A DNA stretch of 64,000 bases from Azolla caroliniana (lineage: Eukaryota; Plantae; Polypodiophyta). Made by a program: the position numbers and the translations under genes. Location of the stretch: contig JBHGNT010000017.1 of NCBI GenBank assembly GCA_043228905.1, forward strand, positions 6,200,001 to 6,264,000, written 5' to 3'. Shown here piece by piece: positions 1 to 15,965 of this stretch (positions are counted from its first letter, which is position 1; every line of letters begins with the position of its first letter). The notes under the pieces were generated by a model, which saw nothing but the letters and a program-made list of their open reading frames with translations, did no database searches and was not told the DNA's origin.

Positions 1-200
1 GGTACCCTGACCATAGCTTCTAGTCGGCGTAGCTCACGTTCTCTTATCTTCTTAATCGTTTCTACTCCACGTTGAGTTGTTTTGAAGCCCATCATCCAAG
101 GGTGTTTGGTTGTTCTTTGCATTTCTGATTCCTCCCCTTGTTCCTGAAAAATTACACTACTTACATGTTGATGAATATTAAAAGGGTTATGGTTAACACT

Positions 201-2035
201 TTATAGCTTATTCTCCATATGTTGTTTTAGCTCTAAGATATACCTACCTAGTCTCTTTATATCCGGGGTATCTAATAGTTTGGAGAGGATGGGAGAGGGT
301 CCTAATATCTCTTGGTATTTCGTCATTATCTCGGCATAGGTTGGACACTTGCATGTAAAGTGATACTCATCCTCCATCTCTATGTGACATAATCTACATA
401 GCCTTTGCCCGCCTTTCCTCTCTAGGGACTCTATTAGCCCGACCATTCTCAATCTCAAGTTGGTGAGATGATATCCTAAGTTGTCCAATGGCCACCCTTA
501 GTGCATTTGATAAGAATGTATCTAGATATCTTGGTCGTGTAATAAAACCTAACTTAGAGAAGTGCAAGAAGTGTTCCTTATAATACGACATTTTAGATGG
601 GAGTGGCTCTCGTGGGGTGATCCATGTATATCGGGTGTAAATTTGCCATATTTCTTGGCGTATGACTTTATTACGGTCTTCATGAGATATTAAGGTTTGA
701 TCAGTCCCATGATTGTACTTAAGGAGAGGTAGGTTATTAATGTCTATGCCATTTGCAAGTAACCAACTCACTACAGTGCTATACTAAGAGGTAGTGTCTC
801 CATACGCATATAGGGATCGGGATGCCTCAAAGACTTGACGAGAGATCCTATCTTGTGGTTGGCTATGTATCCAATGAATAAAAACTACCACTTGGAAAAG
901 TGTTTCTACTAACATCAGGGGCAAACTGAACTCTGCTCTAATAATGTCATGTGGTATTGTCGATTTGCTTCGGAGTTGACGTGATAGCATCATCACCAAA
1001 GGTCTCTCTAATTGCGTCCACATGAAAGATGGTAGACTTGGATCCCATACTACTGATACATACATGAGGGAAGGGGTCACTAATGAGTCGAAGAGCCATC
1101 CCTTAGTCTGTGGCTCTTGAAAGTATGTCTGGTGGCATTGTCTCTCTAAAAGGGAGAGGGATGCATACCCTCTCGTTAGCCTATCTTTGGCTGCCTGGGT
1201 CATCAAGAATTTACCTGAATGAGCACTAAAAGTGACTCCCAAGTATATATATGATTCGACTACCTCAACTAGTTTATGAGAGAGGAGTAGGTGACATTTA
1301 CTCCTAACTCGGGACGATGTATGAAAGATAAGGACTTTAGTTTTCGCTTGATTCACTACTAGTCTTTGTTGTGTGCAAAAGCATCTAGGGCATTAAGATG
1401 CTTTTGTAGGTCATGTTCAGACTTCGAGGGCAAGACGATGTTGTCTGCGTAGAGTAAGAGACTAACTTGCGTACCCCCAATAGTTACTCCATTGCCTCCC
1501 TTATGAGCAATGAAATCAGTGATCTCATCAATGTATATCCCAAAAAGAGTTGGTGATAGGGGGCAACCCTGTTTTACACCCAATGGTGCTGGTGAAGCAA
1601 TCAGATAGGCCACCTGGGCATCGTACGCACCCAGAGACTTGCTCATATAGAGCATAAATGGCTCAGATAATGTCATTTGGTATCTCCAAGCTTTTAAGTC
1701 TATCAAACAACCTCTCCTTAGGAACTTGTGTCAAAGGCTTTGCGGAAGTCCACAAAGCAACAATATAGTTTCTTCTTACGAGCCTTCGTCTTGTCAATTT
1801 AGCACCTAAGTGTGAAGATATGGTAAATAGTGGAGAAGGCTCGTCTAAAGCCAGCTTGCTCAGGTGCTCGAAGACTTAATGTTTCCATATAATCGCTGAG
1901 CTCTGCTTCCATTACTGCACCATATAGTTTAGAGTGCGTATGACCTATCGTAATGGTCCTATATGTATTTGGGTCAATTGGGTCCCCTCCTTTTATGTAT
2001 AGGGGCCACTGTGTTCATGGTCCATTGTGGCGGAA
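201..2035 (-). mobile_element. Degenerate, 5'-truncated non-LTR retrotransposon (LINE, RTEX-like), ORF2 RT and C-terminal zinc finger
   Basis: Broken ORFs 1359-1706 (GVKQGCPLSPTLFGIYIDE, LLYADNIVL = RT motifs), 784-1356 (YIYLGV thumb), and 394-771/201-488 (LRISSHQLEIENGR...CRLCHIEMEDEYHFTCKC); stops and frameshifts present. The 3' UTR may extend past the window start. Confidence 0.85.
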
Positions 2036-2238
2036 GAATTAAGAGGGAAAGAAATAATACGTATATCCTTTGTATTTGTTATATGTATACTCTTTTATTT
2101 CAATAGATATATATACGCACACTAGAACTTTGTACTCTCACACTACTAAATACATAATACATTATACGTATATGTTTTGTATTTGTATGTATACGCTCTG
2201 CTCTGTATCATCAACGACCTTCTAGAAGGAACACTCTT

Positions 2239-2301
2239 CAGAGACAGAGACAGAGAGACAGACACAGAGACAGAGACAGAGACAGACACAGACACAGAGA
2301 G
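2239..2301 (+). repeat. (GAGACA/GACACA)n microsatellite directly upstream of the KRR1 start codon
   Basis: gagacagagacagagagacagacacagagacagagacagagacagacacagacacagaga abuts the ATG at 2302. Confidence 0.9.
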
Positions 2302-7668
<5,367 letters not shown>

Positions 7669-9555
7669 ACTGCTATTTAAAGCACACAATCATCTCAAAG
7701 AGTGTGGATGGAAGGTTCTCTAGTGTTGTGAATTATAATGACCAATTTTCTGATTGGTAATTATAATTCTTTGAACATTCATACAGCAGGGGTTAGAATC
7801 TTATCACCAATTGTACGTGCCAAATGAAAGGGAGGTGTGTTGAAGTATGTTAGGGTTGTATGATTACGAATGGTTGCAGTTATTGGGCAACTAAAGACCT
7901 CCAAATATTGTTGCAATTATCTTATTTCCTTTCAGAATTTGTTATTTTTTGTTTTCAGATTGATGGTGTCATCTGATGTGTCCAGTCCAGTCCTTACAAT
8001 CAATTGCAATGCTTCTAGAGGTTGTTCAGTCCTTACAGTATTTACTAGTAATCTACATACTGTAGAGGTAGCTATGATCGCAACCTAGAGTTCAATGCCA
8101 GCTTCAATTCTTTCTCTAGGACAGAAGGTATCGATGTAAATGCTCATGATTATGGGAGTGTATAAGCGTTTTTCATTCTTTAAGATGGGTCTCATGTGGT
8201 TCAAATTTCAAACCATCGAGGCATGGCTCTATCGGAGTGGAGGAGTGAAGGCCAATTACTCTCTAGAGTGTTGGGAATTTCAATCACCTAATGAAATGAA
8301 CATGAAATCATCTGGGCTTTCATAAGTACTCATCTCTAGGACGAAGCTCTCTTAAGAATCAATGTTAGTACAGTTGAGTCATAAATGATCTCTTGCATGC
8401 ATTAATGCAAGATAAAAGGTTATTGTCATATGAGTGGGTCTAGCATACACAAGTGGTTCATTTAATGACATTGACACATCAACATACATGTGTGCAACTC
8501 ATAGGTAGTGATAGGTGATCTCGGGAAATCATCACAACCTAGATTTTGAAATGGGTTGATTGTCAACGTCTTTGAGCAAGCATCTTTGCAATTAAAGGGT
8601 GGAAGGTGAGGAACATTTTGTCTGAATGGTATAGCTTCTAATTACCTTCATTCACCCCTCGTGCAAGAAGAGAAATATAGTGCTTAAACGTGACCTATGT
8701 CAAGTTTCCATTTTAGAGACTTGTATACCTTTTAAAGGGATCCTTCAAAGATCTATTATCAAGAAAAGTTTATGATAGTTAACATCAATACGTGGACATA
8801 TACACAACCACAACTTAAGGGTAGCGATATGTCCTGTTAACATAATCATCAACATAGAGATTGAGATGTCCTCTTAACATAGAGTTGTCAACATCTCCAA
8901 GTAGGATATTTGCACTTGAACGGTGGAGGGCGATGAACGTTTTATTTGTAGTTACAAGTTATTTGTATAGTTTGGAGGTAGGCATCACCCCAACCTAGAG
9001 TTTAGTGCTAGCTTCCGTTCTTGCTCTAGGCATTGATACATATCACAAGCTTATAAGTGAGCAAGAAACATTCTAGTCTCACATGTGGTCATAAATGCTT
9101 TCCATTCATTAATGTCAGGGCTATGTGGTTAAGGCCATTAATTAAGGGATGGCTCGATCTATGCAAGTGAAAGCATGGACACCAACTCAAATCAATTGAC
9201 ATGACATCATATGGCCTTGACAAAGTGCTAATCTCTATTATGAAGCTCTTTTTAACACATCAATGCGAATTTATGTAGACGAGTCATGAACAATATATCT
9301 TGTGATAGCCAGAGAAAAGGTAAAAAGTGATTGGTTCCGTGGGAGCTAGCCCAAACCAATGATGGAGAGTACTTTTATATGGGCACCCATGACACCTTGG
9401 GAGAGATCTCGTGTTATGAGTCTCGTGTCCCCAAGAGTTAAATACAGAACAAAAGATGTTCTACTTACTTTTTGTATAAAGAAGAGAAAAGGACTCCATT
9501 GTTATTAACACCCAACATATATGTATGTATGTATACAGTATAACCAAGAGCTCCA

Positions 9556-11202
9556 ATGGCAGCTTCCTCTGTACCCCATGTGGTTCTGTTCCCAATCCCT
9601 GGCCAGGGCCATGTCAATCCCTTCATGGCCATCGCTGAGTTCTTGGCCGCCCATGGCATCATGGTCACCTTCGTCCACACACGGCGCACCCATGCCCTCC
9701 TCACCTCTGCTTCCTCCCCCCCACACCTGCAAACCCTAAATCCTCTTCATCCTCCTCCCTCTTCCGCCCATAGTGTTGGCAAGAATGGAGGTGGCATCCG
9801 CATTGAGGTGGTTCCCGATGCAATGCCTGCAGATCTCAAGCAGAAGGTCTCATCTGACCATCTGGTGGCATCCATGCCTTTGATGCGAGAAGGCCTGGAA
9901 TCACTCCTCCGCCGCCTCATGGCGGTGGATCCTTCGCAGAACAACATTTCTCAGCCACCACCGCCGCCGCCGCCTTGTTGCCTCATTGCAGACAGCTTCA
10001 TGCCATGGTCACATGATGTGGCTGTCCAGTTCAAGCTCCCCAGGATACAAGTATGGACCTCCTCAGCTGCAGTCTTCTCCATAGGCTACCACATCCCTAC
10101 CCTCCTCCAACGCGGCTATGGCGATGGCTTCGGCCCCACCCATCCATCCTCATCATCCTGCAGCCATGAGCATCTGCAGGAGATTGTGGATTTCATTCCA
10201 GGAATCTCGCCCCTTCGTGTTGCCGATCTGCCCCAAGACTTCCGGACTCCCATGTTCCCTTTCTTCGCCTCGCTCTTCGAGCACTGCCAAGCTGCAGAGA
10301 GGATTCTGGTCCATACCCTATATGATCTCGAGAAGCCGGCCATAGACGCATTGCGAGAATGCGCAGGTCTACGGCTCCGCACCTTCATGACAAGCAAGTA
10401 TACTTACAATGGGGGCAACAACAGGAATGAGGCATTGGATCATGGTGTGGCAAAGAGTGCCATCTCTAGCTCTAGCAGGAGCTTGCTTCCCGAAGACGAG
10501 TCATGTCTCGAGTGGTTAGCGGCACAAGAAGAGTCTTCGGTCCTTTACATTGCCTTTGGAAGCTTGCATGGGGTGGGCGAGGCAGTGCTCCATAAGCTAG
10601 CCATGGCGGTGGAAGCAAGTGGTGTGAAGTTCCTATGGGTTCTACGGGCCGACCAAACATCAGATAGCGGAGATAATGAGAGAAATGCCGAGAAGAAGAA
10701 GACTATGGGGCCCGTGGCATTGCCCCAAGGATTCGTGGAGAGGACTAAGGAGAGGGGATTGGTCATATCGTGGGCGCCTCAGCGGGACGTGCTTGCCCAC
10801 AAGAGCGTGGCCGCCTTCCTTACTCATTGCGGATGGAACTCAGTGCTAGAGAGCCTCTCTAACGGCGTGCCCATGCTAGCGTACCCCATTGGCGGTGAAC
10901 AAAACACGAACCTCAAGTACCTGGTCCACGACTGGGGCGTGGCATTGCCACTCGTTGTCCCTTCTTCTCCTACTCCGTCTCCCGGTGCCATGTCTTTGGA
11001 CCGGACTGCAATGGAGCAAGCGATCCGTACTATAATGAAACCGGAAGGTGAGGAAGCGTCTCGTCTCAAGTCCCGAGCCCTTCTTTGGAAGCAACTGGCC
11101 ATTGACTCCACCTCTCCCCCAAATGGAACCTCCATAGCTGATCTCCTAACCCTTGTCCACGACTTAAAACATGGAGAGCTTAAGTTCGAAATGAAACGTT
11201 AG
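9556..11202 (+). CDS. Intronless family-1 UDP-glycosyltransferase (548 aa)
   Basis: N-terminal HVVLFPIPGQGHVNP (catalytic His), LIADSF (catalytic Asp), SVLYIAFGS, and a complete PSPG box WAPQRDVLAHKSVAAFLTHCGWNSVLESLSNGVPMLAYPIGGEQ. TATA-like tataaa at 9475-9480. Confidence 0.96.
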   Translation: MAASSVPHVVLFPIPGQGHVNPFMAIAEFLAAHGIMVTFVHTRRTHALLTSASSPPHLQTLNPLHPPPSSAHSVGKNGGGIRIEVVPDAMPADLKQKVSSDHLVASMPLMREGLESLLRRLMAVDPSQNNISQPPPPPPPCCLIADSFMPWSHDVAVQFKLPRIQVWTSSAAVFSIGYHIPTLLQRGYGDGFGPTHPSSSSCSHEHLQEIVDFIPGISPLRVADLPQDFRTPMFPFFASLFEHCQAAERILVHTLYDLEKPAIDALRECAGLRLRTFMTSKYTYNGGNNRNEALDHGVAKSAISSSSRSLLPEDESCLEWLAAQEESSVLYIAFGSLHGVGEAVLHKLAMAVEASGVKFLWVLRADQTSDSGDNERNAEKKKTMGPVALPQGFVERTKERGLVISWAPQRDVLAHKSVAAFLTHCGWNSVLESLSNGVPMLAYPIGGEQNTNLKYLVHDWGVALPLVVPSSPTPSPGAMSLDRTAMEQAIRTIMKPEGEEASRLKSRALLWKQLAIDSTSPPNGTSIADLLTLVHDLKHGELKFEMKR

Positions 11203-11571
11203 AATACATAGAAACCATCTTGTATTGAAGTTTGGTGTACTAGAGTTATGATTCCACACCTAGTCCATGTAGTGTTTATTAAAATTACTCTAGGGATTGA
11301 ATTTGAATTTGATTTGCCCCCTTCTAAGCTATTAGACTATCAAGAGATGGACAAGTGTTCAAACCCTACCTTTAACACATCTTTAGGCTAACCTATCATG
11401 CCATGGGTTTCCAAACTCTACCTTTGACACATCTTTACTACATTCAACAAACGCCAAGCTATATAAGGCCATGAACTGAAGGTCAAGGTTTCAAATCCTC
11501 TCTTTAACGGATTGTTAGCACATCCAATAAAATGCAAGAGGTATCAAAACAAATCATCTTAAGATTTAGCC

Positions 11572-11574
<3 letters not shown>

Positions 11575-11619
<45 letters not shown>
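11575..11619. repeat. (TC)n microsatellite
   Basis: About 22 perfect TC units. Confidence 0.95.
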
Positions 11620-11621
<2 letters not shown>

Positions 11622-13329
11622 GGTGACAGTATACAATTATATTAATATGTGTAAAAGAAATATGTACTACTTACAATGGGTATCATAATGGTGTATGGGC
11701 ACTACTAACTAGTACACTAGAAGTGGAACATATTGAATTAGCAATAGGTAAGACGAACACTCCATTGAGTAAATAAATTTTATTTGTTCAAATAAAGTGA
11801 AATTGTCACACTAGTACAACTTTTGTAAATATGCTTTGATTTCATGCCTACCATCAAATAGAAAAACATTATGCACATCCCAATTATGAAGTGCTCCCCA
11901 AGATCTCAGAAATAAAACTATCTTTGATTTTGGGTGAAGTTGTGTGAATTGTGTTTACCCCCATTAAATTTTTTTTTCTTGAAAATATATCCTCCATTGA
12001 TATTAGAATTACAGTGGCCGGAGGCCTTAATACAAAATAGTCCAATCATAGTATGAGCCATACGTACCATACGCGCATTCTCATTCGAGAATGTTTCAAT
12101 CATTCGAGTATGATAAACACCCTCAAAGTATGGTAAATACCATACTTTTGTATTCATTATTTATTATAAGGTAAATTGTCTTTTTAAGGTAAGAAAGTTA
12201 AGCTAAAAAGTGTAAAAAAAAACACAAGAATGTTTTGATAACATACGCATTCGTATGAAAAAGAATGTTTGCCAATGCATTCAAGTATATTACGTACTAT
12301 GAGTCCAAATATTACATATGACCATAGTCAATCTTTATAGGTAAAGATAAGTAAGAAAAACACGTAGCCAATCTTTAGAGACAAAGAAAATACAATGAAG
12401 CCATATCCGTCTCCAAATGAATAACATGAATAGTCCAACCTCCAGAGAAAACAAACCACCAAAATAGCCAGCTTCTCAAAAGCACGCCTCAACCTTTCAC
12501 TCAAACATGCCAACAAAATCAACTAGCTTTAGAAATCTTGGAATGTGATGAAAACTTTGCCAATGACTTCCAATGGCTGGAGTCGAATAATGTATTCCAA
12601 TGTGTTGTTGTGTACAAAATGATTTCAAAGAAACAATTGTAAAGGGGTGCTGATAGCATTAAAATCTCCGAGCTTCAAAGCATGTACTCTCGCCGACCCT
12701 TAAGAATATGGTTCCAACTCCACACCAACACTCATAAACCAGAAAAGAAAATGATTCTACTCTCCTCGTCCCCTCATGAAAGTATGATTCATCCCCCAAC
12801 AACCTCATCACTCATCCTTATCAAATAGAGAGAATATGCTTCCTTTTCCCCATCCAACATGTCGCCGATTACCACCAAAGTCCACATCAACCATCTCGTC
12901 GTAGACTAGCAAAGTTTTGTACATACCAACAAACATTATGACACTACTCTCCTGATCCCTCATGAAATTCTACTTCATCCCCCGGCACCATTGTCACTCA
13001 TCCTTTACAAAATTAGAAATTGTGCTTACCCCCATTGTCTTGGCATCAAATAACATTGTGTGCCAAATTTGAGAAAAATACAAGCAATCAAATATTGTAT
13101 AAAACGATGAGTACCATCTTCCATTTAAATAGTGCAAAAGAAGCCTCCGCTAATCCAAAAGCAAACCCTCAATCAACTCCAACCTTCCTTAGAAGTGGCA
13201 ATTTAGAATGCCAACTATGTTTTAAGATCTGCCACTATCCACAATTAGAGTTATGTACTTTCTATTCTTGTTCAACCTTAGGTGATAGCTATGGGAGAGA
13301 CTCAATGAAGCAATATACAAGAGCTTAGT

Positions 13330-14813
13330 TGTCACGGGTAGAAAATATACACAAGAGAGTAGAAGATAATCAAAGGGATGAGTTGATTAATTGAAAGACT
13401 CCGTAACTGGTGTTGTTCACCTTAATTATAATCTAGGTGAACACACATATTTATACAAGTTTTGAGATTGAATATCTCTAGAATATACCTAAGAAATATC
13501 TCTAGAATATACCCAAGAAATATCTCTAGAATACTCATCTAGATTATACGGTCATAGAACATTTTTAGAATATACTAAAGAGCAGAATATTCTATATGCT
13601 AGGCTATACAATATTAACATATAATTTAAGGGTTTCCAAATGGTTTATCTAATACTACATATTGGGTGTGTTATAGGTCAGAGGTTCGAGTCACATCCTA
13701 AATGTGACATTATCCCCCCTCCTACATCGCCTTCCCAAACCCGTCGCTGGTGGGGTGGTGGAGGGGCCTGACGTCCTGAGATTTGTGAAGGATAATGGGG
13801 CTCGAGGAGGGAGACATGAAAAACATCATGAATCCGGAAGTGGGATGGAAGGGCCAGCCGGAAGGCGACGAGATTAATGTGCTCAACCATATGGAATGGT
13901 CCCAACTTCTTGTAATCAAGTTTTGCACATGGACGAGTAGTAGAGATGTGCCGTTGTAACAACTAGACCATGTCGCCAACGACAAAGGGTGGAGTGACAG
14001 AGCGATGGCGATCAACGTGCTTCTTGTATCGTTCACCATCGAGATGAAGCTCCAAGGATAAGTCATGATGTAGCTCTTCTAAAACCTGGGCTCGACCCTC
14101 TGTCGAAGGATTCACAGAAGTGGTAGGGAGTAAACCATAGTTTGCAAAGAAGGGAGTGACGCAAGTAGATGGATGAAGAGAATTATTGTAGGCAAATTTT
14201 GCTAGTGAAAGTAAGTTGACCCAATCATCTTGTTGGTAACTAACCGAGCACCGAAGATATTGCTCAAGGATTTGGTTGATGTGCTCCGTCTGACCGTTAG
14301 TGTGAGGGTGATAGGCGGAGGACAACTTGACCGAGATGCCTAAAGTTTGTAGCAGGCGCTGCCAGAAGTGAGAGACAAACTGGGGTCCACGATCAGAGTT
14401 GATATCATCGGGGAGGCCATGCAAACAGACGACATTATGAGGAGTAGATGTGCCATTCCTTCGTCGGAAATGGTTTTAGAGCATGGAGTGAAGTGAGCCA
14501 TCTTTGTAAACCGATCAACAACGACCAACACCGAGCCATAACTATTGGCCAAAGGTAGATCGGTTATGAGGTCCATAGAGATAGAGGCCCAGGGACAACT
14601 AGGGCATGGAAGCGGGTGGAGCAAGCCATATGGCCGATGACGAGCAACTTTGGAGTGAGCGCAAACCTCACAAGTCTAACTTAATATGTTATACTATACA
14701 ATATTAACCATATACAATGTACGTAAAACTTAAGGGTTTCCAAATGGTTTATCTAATACTACATATTGGGTGTGTTATAGGTCAGAGGTTCGAATCGCAT
14801 CCTAGATGTGACA
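13330..14813 (-). mobile_element. Internally deleted Ty3/Gypsy (Tcn1-like) element: 3' LTR 13330-13709, integrase remnant, partial 5' LTR ~14680-14813
   Basis: TGTCAC...GTGACA termini; TSD TTAGT at 13325-13329 and 14814-14818; PPT (plus strand tatcccccctcct) next to the left LTR; integrase motifs SMDLITDLP, SDRGPQFVSHFW, SSAYHPHTNGQTE, GPF..HDVFHVSLL. Confidence 0.9.
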
Positions 14814-15171
14814 TTAGTAGCTACTTGTAAAAATTGTGTTTGGCTTCGTAAACAACAATAAACTCACAATTGCTCTTGCATTAATGTAATATTTTGTAGT
14901 GTTAAACCCATAATTAAGTGGGATGATAGGAATCAACAATGAATCTGGGTCAAGCCTAAACTAAGTTGTTAAACCAGTTTAGCGGTTCTGTTTGACTTCA
15001 CTAAGCGTTGAGCCTCTTTAAACGGTTGGAGATCGGTTCAGTTTAGCTTGAGCTTGTCAAACATACTCAAATTGGTTAAGCTGGTATGGTCATTTTAACT
15101 TTTTACTAGTGTTAATTGGGTTAGTAGTTGAGAGCTGACTATTGACATAAACATGAGAGAGAGAGAGAGAA

Positions 15172-15390
15172 ATAGATAGATAGATTCTATTATCGTATTC
15201 GGAGGTCAAATATAACCTATGCGAACAAAAAATATACATTTCACATGATATGTGTGAAAATGAGTAGCGACACTTGATATTCAAGAACTTTATTGATTGA
15301 TGGTTCAATTGAGAGTGCACATTGTGGTTGTGCGATAAATTCGTGCAAGGATTGGGCTTGATCGAAGATGTGTGGAAAGCATGGTCGAAA
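15172..15390 (-). mobile_element. Short 3' fragment of the RTEX-like LINE family also present at 50221-52425, with (CTAT)n tail
   Basis: Closely matches 50221-50441 (atagatagatagatt..tattatcgt.ttcggaggtcaaatat..; RPCFPHIFDQAQSLHEF); abuts (GA)8 at 15155-15170. Confidence 0.85.
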
Positions 15391-15585
15391 GAAAGAGTTA
15401 GAGCATGCATAGTGCATGACGACACCTTTTGTGTAGCTCAGAGCACCTCTTTCTATCGAGCTCAAAGCACCTGCTATGATTGTCAAGCTGCATCCTAAAT
15501 GCCTTCTATCGATGACAAACTGAGTAGTAAATATTGCATTTTACTTTTGAATGCACACATGTGCACATACTTTCGTCGATGCATC

Positions 15586-15965
15586 CTTTTCTTTTTAGTA
15601 ACAATTTTATTACTAGTGGGAAACCTCAAAGTGAGGTGAAAACCCACAAAGAATAAAGAAAAATATACAAGTGTCGATTAGACACTAAAGAGCTTAAAAG
15701 CACTCAAAGAAAAGGTTGTAAATTTGGAGTGTGATGTCTCTAAGTTGCAGACATTCAAATAGAGATTGCTTGAGGGATTGCTTAAAGAAGCTAGCTTCAT
15801 GCAGTTGGTTTCGATCAAAGACCTTATTATTGCGGGCTATCCAAATGGTCCAAAGTGCCCAAAATCATGTCCATTGGAGAAAATAGGCATTGTCGGATAG
15901 GGCGCATGGAATTTGTCCAAATATCCAAAAGTGTTTACCAAACCTTCGGCCAGGAAATCTGTGAT
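15586..15965 (-). mobile_element. 3' end of an L1-clade LINE
   Basis: Minus strand encodes FWALWTIWIARNNKVFD (plant L1 ORF2 C-terminal W-x-I-W-x-x-R-N motif), followed by AATAAA and an A-rich tail (aataaaattgttactaaaaagaaaaagg). It is cut at 15965 by the adjacent LTR. Confidence 0.65.

Noticed and set aside
12300-13020. Possible decayed LINE fragment and a diverged ~70-bp repeat (12758-12825 / 12944-13011)
   Set aside because: No diagnostic motif or termini could be read, so it is too degraded to call.
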